A DNA stretch of 64,000 nucleotides from Eledone cirrhosa (lineage: Eukaryota): contig OZ024744.1 of NCBI GenBank assembly GCA_964016885.1, forward strand, positions 90,520,001 through 90,584,000, written 5' to 3'. Of the stretch, positions 12,627 through 24,323 are shown piece after piece. The notes under the pieces are model-generated. The model was not told the DNA's origin. It searched no databases and saw nothing but the letters and a program-made list of their open reading frames with translations. The first letter of the stretch is position 1; every line of letters starts with the position of its first letter. The position numbers and the translations under genes were made by a program.

Positions 12627-12976
12627 GGAGGCACATGGCTTAGTGATTAGAGCATTGGCCTTGCAATCGAAAGGTTGTGAGTTCAATTCTCAGACCGGGT
12701 GATGTGTTGTTTCCTTGAACAAGACACTTTATTTCACATTGCTCCAGTTTACTCAGCTGTAGAAATGAGATGATAGGGACCCCAGTCCCTATCATTCCAC
12801 TGCAAAGTGGTCGTGTAGGTGCCACGGCAAAAAAAGCACCCAGCACTCACTGTAAATGAGGTTGGTGTTAGGAAGGGCATCCAGCTGTAGGAATCAAGCC
12901 AGAATCAGTTCCCGTCCAACACTTGCAAGCAGGGAAAAGCGGACGTAAAATGAAATGATGATGATGATGATGATGA
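12626..12976 (+). mobile_element. tRNA-derived SINE family B (~340 bp) with RTE-derived tail
   Basis: Box A tggcttagtgattaga, box B gagttcaattc, CORE-like ccttgaacaagacacttt, RTE UTR segment, (TGA)n tail. Confidence 0.9.
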
Positions 12977-13050
12977 TATATATATATATATATAAAAAAT
13001 GATGATGATGATGATGATATATATATATATATAAAAAACGAGACAATCAC

Positions 13051-14505
13051 TTGATCACCTATAGATCGGGGGAACACACACGCCAGGTAGATTATATCCT
13101 TACCAGAAGACGTGACAGAGTGTCTGTTGTTAACACTAAATCCCACCCCCATGAAGAATTCACCTCCCAACATAGACTGATAATTAGCGACCTCATAGTC
13201 AGGACGAGACGTACTAGACAGCGGAAGAGGACTATCCTCAGGAGAAAAATATGGAAGCTAAAGGACCCCATAGCCAGAAATAAATTTCAAAGCATATTAC
13301 TTGACGCTTTCGACAGTAAGGAAGAGCAATTAGAGTCGTATAATATAGAGGAACAGTGGGAATTCCTGAGAGCAAACCTGCTGACGGCGGCAGACGAAGT
13401 CTGTGGCTGGAGCAGGCCTGTAGGTAGGAGGAGAGTAACATGGTGGTGGAACAGTAAGGTGGAGGAGTCAATTAAGGCCAAAAAGCAGGCTTGGAAAGTA
13501 TGGCGGGATGGGGGAAGTAGAGAAGACTATCAAGTGGCCAGGAGGGAAGCTAGGAGACAAGTGTACTTCGCAAGAAGGGAAGCAGAGGAAAGAAAGTTCA
13601 AGCATGTTCTACAACGTGAGGACCAAAAACGTGAGGTGTTCAGGATTGCTAGGCAATGTGTCAAGGAAAACCGTGATATTGTCGGGGAGAAGTGTGTACT
13701 TAACGATGATGGCATACTTGCCATCACCGACGCTGATAAGAAGGTAGCTTGGAAGTGTCACTACGAAAGGCTTCTAAATGAGGAGAACAAATGGGAGAAA
13801 GACAGTCTCCCCCAGATCGATCCAATAGAGGGACCAGCAGTGTTAGTTGAAGGTAGTATAATAAGTAAGGCAATCAAAGATATGAAGACGGGTAAGGCGG
13901 CTGGGCCTTCGGAAATAGTTGCTGAGATGCTGAAGGCATCTGGTTCGGTGGGACACACCATGGTCACCCGGATAGTTAACCAAGTCGTACAGAATGGGGT
14001 TGTTCCGAAGGAATGGCGTAGCAGCATCATCGTTAACTGCTATAAGGGAAAAGGAGATGCCCTAGATAGGAGTAACTATAGAGGCATTAAATTAATCGAC
14101 CAGGTCATGAAGGTCACGGAAAAAGTAATAGCGCAACTAATCAGAGAGAGAATTGATCTAGATGAAATGCAGTTCGGGTTTGTGTCAGGCAAAAGTACCA
14201 CAGACGCTCTTTTCATTGTACGACAACTACAGCAGAAGTACCTAGTTAAAAGTAAACCCCTATACTTAGCTTTCGTCGACTTGGAGAAAGCCTTCGACAG
14301 AGTCCCCCGTTCCATTATCTGGTGGTCTCTTAAAAAACTAGGTGTTGACGAATGGCTTGTGAGAGCTATACAAGCCATGTATAAAGAAACAGTCAGTAAG
14401 GTTAGAATTAACAACGAATATAGTGAAGAGTTTAGCGTAAAAGTTGGTGTCCATCAGGGCTCTGTCTTAGCCTCCTACTATTTATTATTGCCCTTCAGGC
14501 TATAA
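13051..14505 (+). CDS. RTE ORF, part 1: APE C-terminus and RT up to the QGS motif
   Basis: 484-aa open frame with conserved RT motifs; leaves frame after GVHQGSVL. Confidence 0.85.
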   Translation: MITYRSGEHTRQVDYILTRRRDRVSVVNTKSHPHEEFTSQHRLIISDLIVRTRRTRQRKRTILRRKIWKLKDPIARNKFQSILLDAFDSKEEQLESYNIEEQWEFLRANLLTAADEVCGWSRPVGRRRVTWWWNSKVEESIKAKKQAWKVWRDGGSREDYQVARREARRQVYFARREAEERKFKHVLQREDQKREVFRIARQCVKENRDIVGEKCVLNDDGILAITDADKKVAWKCHYERLLNEENKWEKDSLPQIDPIEGPAVLVEGSIISKAIKDMKTGKAAGPSEIVAEMLKASGSVGHTMVTRIVNQVVQNGVVPKEWRSSIIVNCYKGKGDALDRSNYRGIKLIDQVMKVTEKVIAQLIRERIDLDEMQFGFVSGKSTTDALFIVRQLQQKYLVKSKPLYLAFVDLEKAFDRVPRSIIWWSLKKLGVDEWLVRAIQAMYKETVSKVRINNEYSEEFSVKVGVHQGSVLASYYLLLPFRL

Positions 14506-15500
14506 CAGAGGAGTTCAAGACCGGCTGCCCATGGGAACTCCTATACGCAGATGATCTAACGCTCATAGCTGAATCAATGACCGAACTAGAGAAGAAATTC
14601 CAAACATGGAAGCACGGCCTAGAATCAAAAGGCCTTAAAATTAACCTGGCTAAGACTAAAGTTCTAGTTTGTAGGAAAGAAAATAAGGCGGCGGTCCCAT
14701 CTGGGAAATGGCCATGCTCAGTGTGTAGGAAAGGCGTAGGTAGAAACTCCATTTTATGTCCCAAATGCAAAGTATGGGTGCATAAAAGATGTAGTGGGAT
14801 CACAGGTAAGCTAACTAAGAACATAGATTTTACATGTGGCCGGTGCTCTGGTGCAATAAGTAGCAGCAAGTGCCCACAAAATACTAGCTCCTTCAACTGC
14901 GCAGAGGGTTCTATAGAAATAGTGGACAGCTTCCGTTATCTGGGTGACAAAATCAGCAGTGGGGGAGGGTGCTCTGAAAGTACAGTAGCTAGAGTCAGAA
15001 CTGGATGGAAAAAGTTCAGAGAGCTTATACCACTATTAGCCGCTAGAGGGTTCTCCCTAAAAATGAAAGGCAGGTTATACGATGCCTGCATACGAACAGC
15101 AATGCTGCATGGCAGTGAGACCTGGGCATTGTGTGCAGAGGATATACGCAGACTAGAGAGGAACGAAGCTTGCATGCTCCGCTGGATGTGCAATAGTAAT
15201 ATACGTGAACGGCAAAGCATAAACGAACTAAGGAAAAAATTAGAAATAAGAGGGATCAGATGTTGTTTACTCGAGAGAAGGCTACGTTGGTACGGTCACA
15301 TGATGCGCATGAAAGACGACAGCTGTATAACAAAGTGCAGGGCAATAAAGATAGACGGTAGCCACGGAGTAGGCAGACCCAGAAAAACATGGGACGAGCT
15401 GATAAATTCCGACCTCACACGCTTACACCTCTCCAAGACAATGTCACTGGACCGAGACCTTTGGCGGTACTCAGTAATAGAGAAGACCCGCCTTACCTAA
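14490..15500 (+). CDS. RTE ORF, part 2: YADD, inserted PHD-type finger (14715-14846), thumb and C-terminus
   Basis: YADD is in frame with ORF 14577..15500; CSVC-x10-CPKC-x4-H-x2-C-x14-CGRC. Confidence 0.85.
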   Translation, partial: ALQAITEEFKTGCPWELLYADDLTLIAESMTELEKKFQTWKHGLESKGLKINLAKTKVLVCRKENKAAVPSGKWPCSVCRKGVGRNSILCPKCKVWVHKRCSGITGKLTKNIDFTCGRCSGAISSSKCPQNTSSFNCAEGSIEIVDSFRYLGDKISSGGGCSESTVARVRTGWKKFRELIPLLAARGFSLKMKGRLYDACIRTAMLHGSETWALCAEDIRRLERNEACMLRWMCNSNIRERQSINELRKKLEIRGIRCCLLERRLRWYGHMMRMKDDSCITKCRAIKIDGSHGVGRPRKTWDELINSDLTRLHLSKTMSLDRDLWRYSVIEKTRLT

Positions 15501-16219
15501 ATACAAAGTAAAAACCTACTACAGTCAGTAGGCATCTCTATCAAAACACACCCCCGTCCCACCACCTCCACACCGCCCCTTTCAATGTAAAGTTATGTTG
15601 GTCCCACAACATCCAGGCCGAAACAAATGAGATCGTGTAGGTGTCACGACAAAAAACACACAGTCCATGCTGTAAATGTGGCCGTGTAGGCAACACGGTA
15701 AAAACCTCCCAGCCCCACACTGTAAATGTGGTTGGTGTTAGGAAGGGCATCCAGCTGTAGAAAACCCGCCAGACAGTCCACGCTGTAATGTGGCCATGTA
15801 GGCAACACGGTAAAAACCTCCCAGCCCCACACTGTAAATGTGGTTGGTGTTAGGAAGGGCATCCAACTGTAGAAAACCCGCCAGACAGTCCTATGCGAGC
15901 AAGACAACCACTCTTGCCTCAAGTGGGAAAACCCCCGTCCAAACCCATGCAAGCGTGGAACACGGACGCTAAACCTGATGATGATGATGATGATGATGAT
16001 ATATAATTCAATGATATTAAATAAATGGAAACTATATTTATAAAACCATATTTATTCTATTATATATATTTCAAGGGTACCAACAATTTTGGTACGCTAT
16101 CATCAGATAAAATACAAAATGTTTTATAAATATTTGACATGACCAAGCATAATATACCTTAACGGTTCAAGTTAAAACATTTATATTTGTTGGATTTCCA
16201 ACAAATTAAATATCTCTTC

Positions 16220-16221
<2 letters not shown>

Positions 16222-16274
<53 letters not shown>

Positions 16275-16327
16275 ATATATATGTATATATGTATATATAT
16301 GTATATCATGATGATGATAAATATATG

Positions 16328-16364
<37 letters not shown>

Positions 16365-16381
16365 TATCATCATCATCAAAC

Positions 16382-16416
<35 letters not shown>

Positions 16417-17263
16417 CATATATTTATATATATATATATATATATCATCATCATCATCATCATCATCATGATATACATATATATACATATATACATATAT
16501 ATATATATATATGTATATATGTATATATGTATATATGTATATATATATATATATGTGTATGTGTATATATGTATAAATGTATATATATATATATGTGTAT
16601 ATATATATATAAATAAAATGCTAATGTTTAAAGAAATTGTAGCTACACGAGGGCAGCTATGAAGCTATGACATCAGAAGTACTTGCTGCATTAAAAGTGT
16701 AACTGTTGCTTGCCTAGAAAATTGTGCTTAGTAAAGGAGAGAAGGAAAGAAATTTCTAATCAACTTTTTTCAGAGATGAGTAACATAACATCATCACTAC
16801 TAACAATAACACTACTGTGAAGAAGAAGAAGAAGAAGAAGAAGAAGAAGAAGAAGAAGAAGAAGAAGAAGAAGAAGAAGAAGAAAAACAACAACAACAAC
16901 AACACCACCACCACCAACAACAACAACAACAACAACACCAACAACAACAACAACACCATCACCACCAATAACAACAACACCAACAACAACAACACCATCA
17001 CCACCAACAACAACAACACCAACAACAACAACAACACCACCATCACCACCAACAACAACAACAACACCATCACCACCAACAACAACAACACCAACAACAA
17101 CAACACCATCACCACCAACAACAACAACACCAACAACAACAACAACAACACCATCACCACCAACAACAATAACAACACCAACAACAACAACAGCTACAAC
17201 AACACCACCAACACTGCCAATAACAACAACAACACCAACAACACCAATAACAACAACAACACC

Positions 17264-17295
<32 letters not shown>

Positions 17296-17505
17296 CACCA
17301 ACAACACCAATAACAACAACGACAACACCAACACCACTAATAACAACGACATCGACAACTACAACAACAACACCAACAACATCAAAAACACCACCACCAC
17401 CACCACCGACAATAAGAACAGCAACAACAACACCACCAACAACACCACCACCACCAACAACAACAACAAAACCAATAACAACAACACCACCAACCACCAC
17501 CAACT
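16222..17505. repeat. Compound microsatellites (TA)n/(TCA)n/(TGA)n, then (GAA)n and (CAA/CAC)n
   Basis: Directly visible; source of the low-complexity ORFs. Confidence 0.95.
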
Positions 17506-17509
17506 AATA

Positions 17510-18070
17510 ACTGTTTCTACGTTTGGCACAAGGCCAGCAATTATCTCAGTGTATTACTGGTACTTTATTTTATCGACCCCCCCATAAGGATGAAAGGCAA
17601 AGTTAACGGGATTTGAACTCAGAATGGCAAGGGCCGTAACTCTATACGTCGTCAAAGCATGGCGTCCGACCCTCTACCGATACTGCCAATCCACCGTATA
17701 TCCACCAACTAACAACAACAACAGCAGCAGCAACAGTAGCAGCAAGAGCAACAACAGCAGCAGCAGCAACAACAATAATAGCAACAGCAACTGCCTCTAG
17801 GATAACAATAACAGCAATAGCATAACAACAGCAACACCAATAAGAAGATTGTAAATGCCAGTTTCTTGACAAGAATCACAAAATTAATTGTTTCTACGTT
17901 AGGCACAAGGCCAGCAATTACTCAGTACATTACTGGTACTTTATTTTATCGACCCCGTAAGGATGAAAGGCAAAGTTAACCTTGGCGGGATTTGAACTCA
18001 GACTGTAAAGGGATGTAACTCTCTGCTGGAAAGCATGCCATCCGACCCTCTACCGATACTGCCAATCCAC
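17510..18070 (-). mobile_element. Two SINE family A copies (17510-17695, 17886-18070) separated by (CAG/CAA)n
   Basis: Reverse-complement matches to family A. Confidence 0.85.
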
Positions 18071-18074
18071 ATAA

Positions 18075-18666
18075 TAACTGTTTCTATTTTTGGCACAAGG
18101 CCAGCAATTACCCAGTACAATATGGAGGCACATGGCTTAGTGGTTAGAGCATTGGCCTTGCAATTGAAAGGTTGTGAGTTCAATTCTCAGACCGAGTGAT
18201 GTATTGTTTCCTTGAGAAAGACACTTTATTTCACATAGCTCCAGTTTACTCAGCTGAAGAAATGAGATGATAGGGACTGGGGTCCCTATCATTCCACTGT
18301 AAAGTGGTCGTGGAGGTGCCACGGTAAAAAAGCACCCAGCCCACAGTGTAAAGTGGACGTGGAGGTGCCACAGAAAAAAAAAAGCACCCAGCACTCACTG
18401 TAAATGAGGTTGGTGTTAGGAAGGGCATCCAGCTGTAGAAATCAAGCCAGAATCAGTTCCCGTCCCACCCTTGCAAGCAGGGAAAAGTGGACGTAAAACA
18501 AAATGATGATAATGATGATGATGATTACTGGTACTTCATTTTATCGACCCCCGTAAGGATGAAAGGCAAAGTTAACCTTGGCGGGATTTGAACTCAGACC
18601 ATAAAGGGCCGTAACTCTTTGCTGCAAAACATAGCGTCCGACTCTCTACTGATACTGCCAATCCAC
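18075..18666 (-). mobile_element. SINE A interrupted by a plus-strand SINE B (18123-18524)
   Basis: SINE A sequence stops at cccagtaca (~18119) and resumes at ttactggtac (~18525). Confidence 0.85.
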
Positions 18667-19295
18667 AAAGTTAATATTGAACAGGTAGTTATGCTAGGAA
18701 AGACTGTTATATTTGGGGAGAGTCATGTTGTTAGAATTTTGTCAGAAATATATAATAAAAACACACTCACTGTTTGGTTTGGGTTGGTTTTCGCTTCACT
18801 ATATTTTATCATCATCATCATCATCATCGTTTAACGTTTAGCATGGGTTAGACGGGAATTGTCCCACTCAGAGGCAAGATTGATCGGGTGACCGTGTCTC
18901 TGCTTGTATAGGACCGTGTCTGGCAGGTTTTCTACGGCTGGATGCCCTTCCTAGCACCAGCCACATTTACAGTGTAGACTTGGGAGCCTTTTTACCGTGT
19001 CTCCTACACAACCATTCTACAACGTGGACTGGGTATTTTTTTGTCACGACACCTACACAACCTCTTTAGTTTGGACTGGATGTTGCGGTACCTACATAAC
19101 TTTACAGAGAAAGGGTGGTGTTGGTGGCGGTGGGAGGATGGAGTAGGGGTAGTGGGTTTTCTATAATTAATTCAGTTGACAATCAATGTTTATCATTGAT
19201 TGACCAACAGTTAAAAATATAGATATATATATAGTTTGAGTTGTTAAATTTCACCAATTCAGCAGAATTTAGTCAGAATTGTATTTGTGAGTGAA

Positions 19296-19665
19296 TCGGT
19301 AGAGGGTCGGATGCCATGCTTTCCAGCATAGTTACGTCCCTTTACGATCTGAGTTCAAATCCCGCCGAGGTTGACTTTGCCTTTCATCCTTACGGGGTCG
19401 ATAAAATAAAGTACCAGTAATGCACTGGGTAATTACTGGCCTTGTGCCTAAAGTAGAAACAATTATTATATGGTGTTGCATTGGCAGTATCAGTAGAGGT
19501 TCAGACGCCATGCTTTGTAGCATAGAGTTACATCCTTTTACAGTCTAAGTTCAAATCCCGCCGAGGTTAACTTTGCCTTTCATCCTTACGGAGTTGATAA
19601 AATAAAGTACTAGTAATGTTCTGGGATAATTGCTGGCCTTGTGCCAAAAGTAGAAACAATTATTA
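19296..19665 (+). mobile_element. Two tandem SINE family A copies
   Basis: Matches at 19296-19468 and 19480-19665. Confidence 0.85.
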
Positions 19666-19669
19666 TAAT

Positions 19670-19945
19670 ATTGTTATATTTGAGGAGGGTCATGTTGTTA
19701 TAATATTACCAGAAAATATATAGTAAAACACACTCACTGTTTGGTTTGGGTTGGTTTTTGCTTCACTATATTTTATATTTCTATAATTAATTCAGCTAGC
19801 AATCAATGTTTATCATTGATTGACCAACAGTTAAGAATATATATATAAATATAAATATAAATATAGTCTCTCGGAGTTCTTTCATCACACACCTGTGACA
19901 TCATCAGTGGTACATTTATGTTTCCTCCCATTGTATTACTGTAAT
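19670..19945 (-). mobile_element. Non-coding Penelope-related pLTR element with hammerhead motif (~19865-19913)
   Basis: Minus strand CTGATGA-t-gtcaca-ggtg-tgtgat-GAAA-gaactc; terminus ttgttatatttgaggagggtcatg shared with the 55.8-57.8 kb element. Confidence 0.75.
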
Positions 19946-19961
19946 TAATTTTAAGAAAAGA

Positions 19962-20302
19962 ATGGAGGCATATGGCTTAGTGGTTCGAGCATTGGCCTTG
20001 CAATCGAAAGGTTGTGAGTTCAATTCTCAGACTGGGTGATGTATTGTTTCCTTGATAAAGATACTTTATTTCACATTGCTCCAGTTTACTCAGCTGTAGA
20101 AATGAGATGATAGGACTGGGGTCCATATCATTCCACTGTAAAGTGGATGTGTAGGCGCCACGGAAAAAAAGCACCTAGCACTCACTGTAAATGAGGTTGG
20201 TGTTAGGAAGGGCATCCAGCTGTAGAAATCAAGCCAGAATCAGTTCCTGTCCCACCCTTGCAAGCAGGGAAAAGTGGACGTAAAATGATGATGATGATGA
20301 TG
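19962..20302 (+). mobile_element. SINE family B
   Basis: Full-length match to 12626-12976. Confidence 0.9.
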
Positions 20303-20420
20303 AATCTAACAAACATGAGGGAGGCTCAAAAGCTTGTTTGAATAAACAACAGGAAGACTTCATTAACAATGTTGCAAAGCTCAAGAGAAAGCAGCCAGAA
20401 GAACAATGACTACAATGATA

Positions 20421-21700
20421 CGAGGATCGGCTGAAACGTTCCTAGGTTGACCAAGATACTCTCATGGAATGACCAAATGAGGTTTATTTTTTTCAATATA
20501 GTCCCTGGACAAAAACAATACAGTTATTAATAAGAAGAGTTAAAATTAATACATACAAGATTTCATAGCTCTAGCATCATTCCTTTATAGGCTGACGAAG
20601 AGATTCTCATGGAATGACCAAATGAGGTTTATTTTTTCAACATAGTCCCTAGAAAGAAACAATGCTGTTATTATATGAGAAGAGCAGTGGATTGGCAGTA
20701 TCGGTAGAGGGTCAGACACCATGCTTTGTAGCAGAGAGTTGCGGTCCTTTACAGTCTGAATTCAAATGCCGCTGAGATTAACTTTACCTTTTGTCCTCAC
20801 GGGTTGATAAAACAAAGCACCAGTAATGCACTGGGGTAATTGCTGGCGAAACAATTATATGAGAAGAGTTGAAATTAATGCATACAAGATTTCACAGCTC
20901 TAACATCTCTCCTTTATAAACTGACCAAGATACTCTCATGGAATGACCAAATGAGGTCTATTTTTCAACATAGTCCCTGGAAAGAAACAATGCAGTTGAA
21001 TTCCATGTGTCTAAACACCTGTGGACATGCCTACAAAGTCAGAAAACAGCACAGCTCCCATGACTTTTGGAAACATTTTTTCACGCTTAGAGTTGCTGAA
21101 ACATGGAACAAATTATCTGTATCAGTTGTGAGCTGCCGGGACACTGCATCCTTTAAAACCTCCATACTTCCCGAAATTCACCAACACTACACCTGACATT
21201 CCCGCTCCATACACACACGTGTGAGTGTCTGTGAGTATATCATGACTCATACATTGCTCACTTTCCTGACATTTGTACATTATTCTATGTACTATACATG
21301 CACCTTTGATGAGTTGTAGTTCACCTGAGCACTATACACAATAATTTCATTATTATTAAGAGTTGAAATTAATGCATACAATATTTCACAGCTCTAGCAT
21401 CACTCATACATAGCCTGGCCAAGATACTCTCATGGAATGACCAAATGAGGTTTATTTTTTCAACATTGTCCCTAGAAAAAAACAATACTGCTATTAATAA
21501 GAAGAGTTGAAATTAATGTATAGAAGATTTCACAGCTCCAGCATCACTCCTTTATAGGCTGACCAAGATATTCTCATGGAATGACCAAATGAGGTTTATT
21601 TTTCAACATAGTCCCTGGAAAGAAATTAATGCATACAAGATTTCAAAGTTCTAGCACCACTCCTTCATAGTCAGCCTATGATCTTTTCAGCCCACCCTCA
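20421..21700. mobile_element. Mariner-type MITE with ~144-bp internal unit repeated five times, plus nested SINE A and CR1 tail
   Basis: TA|cgaggatcggctgaaacgttcctaggttgac ... gtcagcctatgatcttttcagcccaccctca|TA imperfect TIRs; unit starts near 20448, 20592, 20921, 21415, 21559. Confidence 0.8.
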
Positions 21701-21858
21701 TAGTGCATGCTGGTAATGAATTGAAAAATCAAAAATGCCTTATATATCCAGAAGGAGAAGTACCTGGGAGGGATATAGAGTGATATTGACTTTCTTGCTT
21801 GAACCAAGCAACATAGGGCAGTAGAAGTAAAAGTGAGATTCCTTTTGGAAATGGAAGT

Positions 21859-22087
21859 TTAACTGTTTAGCATTTAAACCAGCTGTATCCGGCCAGAATT
21901 TCCTCACCTCTTTCTGTTCAAACCAGCTAAAACCAGTCACTCATACTGATGTTAAGGTATTGCTCTTAAAATAAATAATATCAAAATCTCATAGATTTGA
22001 TATTATGTGAAATAATTATGTGAGGTAAAGCCTTTACCATGAAAATACAATAGTATATATAGAGTAATGTAAATGCTAAAGGGTTAA
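21859..22087. mobile_element. TTAA-flanked MITE (piggyBac-like ends)
   Basis: ttaa...tttagcattta / taaatgctaaagggttaa; homologous to 25130-25301 and 50260-50498. Confidence 0.75.
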
Positions 22088-22634
22088 AAGCATTCTATTG
22101 TTTTTTTAACATGGGATGACAGATGTGACTGAAGATGCTGGATATGCCAGCAGAACTGAACATCTGTTTTGACAGAATGTGTGGGGCAGGGAGAGCTTCT
22201 AGAAAGAACATACTATTGATCATGGAAAAATAAAAAGTGCCAGGATAACCAAAATTGGAGTAGAAAACCTGATTTAGGTACAACCTGAAAACCTGAACAA
22301 GATTCCTTGAGGTTTGCTTGGAAACAAGGGCATTTTGCATCAGTGTGGACATACTGTAGAGCAACTGGGTCATCTAAATCATGCCTAGATATATTATTAT
22401 ATACATATACACCAAGTCCGAACACAAAGGAACCAAACTCCCACAGTCACTGCTTCTGTCTTTCCCGCTCTCCCCATCTCTCACTATTATGAGCAAGTAG
22501 GGGGAGGCCATGTACTGGCTGCCCCGTAGCCCCAGCGGACAGAATAAAGAAGGCGTTTTCCTGGAGGATTGTGAGGAAGACGTGCTGGAGAGCCATTCCA
22601 GCTCACAAGGTTCACTCTGTGCCGATGGTGGAGA

Positions 22635-22830
22635 GTAAGAAGTCTCCACTGCCACAGGCTCAATCGCAAACCAGTTGGAGAGCTATTGATATTTGGAGAG
22701 TTTACCCTCCTCAGCCTGATGTGCAGCAGAGGCTGGGTTAGTCGCAGACTGCAGTAGGTTGCCACTGGAGAATGTGCTACTGCATGTTGTATCCCAGATG
22801 AGGGGTTTACCACCACAGAACAGGAAGATG
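22635..22830 (-). pseudogene. CRE-like non-LTR retrotransposon restriction-like endonuclease remnant
   Basis: Minus translation GKPLIWDTTCSSTFS...AAHQAEEGKLSKYQ*LSNWFAIEPVAVETS fits the G+xLxWDxT...AExxKxxKY...PxAxET pattern. Confidence 0.65.
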
Positions 22831-23409
22831 GTCATGGTGTCTAGCCTTTAGCCATCCCCTCGGTCCAGCCATGCAAGCCCAAGCATTTGTGACGTCAATG
22901 CAATTATACCTCTCAAAGGTGACGATGACACAGGACCAGGATCTCTGGCATTATGCAGTAATACAGAAGACCCACCTTTCCATGAGCACAGGCTGAAATA
23001 TACATCTGGTATGCATCACCTTCACCTTTATCCCCACCCCCCACCTTCCTTACACCTCCCACGTCCTAACACTCCTCCCCTCTCACACACCCATATACCT
23101 ATCTCCCCTATCCTCACACACACACAGCCTTCCCACCAAAGCCATCATCTCACACTGTAAAGTGGTTGTGATGGCGACACGACAAAAAGTGCCCAGCCCA
23201 CATTGTAAAGTGGCCGTGTAGGTGTCATGAGAAAAAGCACCCAGCACTCACTGTAAATGAGGTTGGCGTTAGGAAGGGCATCCAGCTGTAGAAATCTAGC
23301 CAGAAGCAGTTCTGTATGAACAAGACACGGTCATCTGAGCTGACCTGACTTGCCTCTAATGGGAAAACCCATCTAACCCATGGTAGCGTGGAAAATGGTA
23401 ACTTAAAAG

Positions 23410-23410
23410 G

Positions 23411-23441
<31 letters not shown>

Positions 23442-23461
23442 GGTGGTGATGATGATGGTGA

Positions 23462-23495
<34 letters not shown>

Positions 23496-23680
23496 GGTGG
23501 TGGTGGTGGTGGTGGTGGTGGTGGTGGTGGTGGTGGTGGTGGTGGTGGTGGTGGTGGTGGTGGTGGTGGTGGTGGTGGTGGTGATGTTGATGATGATGGT
23601 GGTGGTGATGATGATGATGATGATGGTGATGGTGATGGTGATGGTGGTGGTGATGATGATGATGATGATGATGAAGATGA
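23410..23680. repeat. (TGA)n/(TGG)n microsatellite grown from an RTE tail
   Basis: Directly follows the RTE 3' UTR at ~22900-23410. Confidence 0.9.
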
Positions 23681-24212
23681 TTATAATGATAGAATATTTG
23701 TATTTTTAAACTGTTCACCTACACAGACCAAGATTTGTGTGATATGCACATTCAACCTAGATTGAACACATGTATTAAAAGCCAGGTTCTAGAGGCTGAC
23801 TGCATCTCTCTTGATGTGCAAAACCTACTGCCTCCAGATTAATGAATTAGATGTCAGTTGATATGGGTGGGATGATTGTCAACATTTAATGGTGGTGCAT
23901 TCTAAAGAGAGCCATTAGAACTGAATCAATTATATTTAGAAAAGAAATATTAATAGAAAAAAAATAAATTAAAGAGGGTGTTAGGAAGAAAATTAGAAGG
24001 TGTGATTAGGAAAGCCATCGTAACTAAAGCCCTTGTAGCAAGAATGGCCATTAACTACTTCTTCAACATAAAACATAAAGGTTACATTGTTAGAGCTACA
24101 GAAATTTCTCTTAGATGTGAGGGAAGTAAAATTGTTTGATAGGCTTGGTTGATAAATACATGATGTTGAAACAAAGCCACAAATGCACAGATTAGTTTTT
24201 GACAAACTTGGT

Positions 24213-24323
<111 letters not shown>

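Larger units (their letters stand above)
13035..16001 (+). mobile_element. RTE-clade LINE, 5'-truncated within the endonuclease, one frameshift near 14470
   Basis: End of APE (QVDYIL...SQHRL), RT motifs (YRGIKL, QFGF, FVDLEKAFD, GVHQGS, YADD at 14544, FRYLG), 3' UTR with duplicated block, (TGA)n tail. Confidence 0.95.

Noticed and set aside
12626-12700. tRNA genes at SINE heads
   Set aside because: Box A and box B are present, but I see no convincing cloverleaf, and each continues into a SINE body.
16187-17587. Poly-N/T, poly-V, poly-H and poly-K ORFs
   Set aside because: Trinucleotide and dinucleotide microsatellites; the same applies to ORFs at 11945-12235, 23356-24595, 36125, 39320-39747 and 44345-44692.
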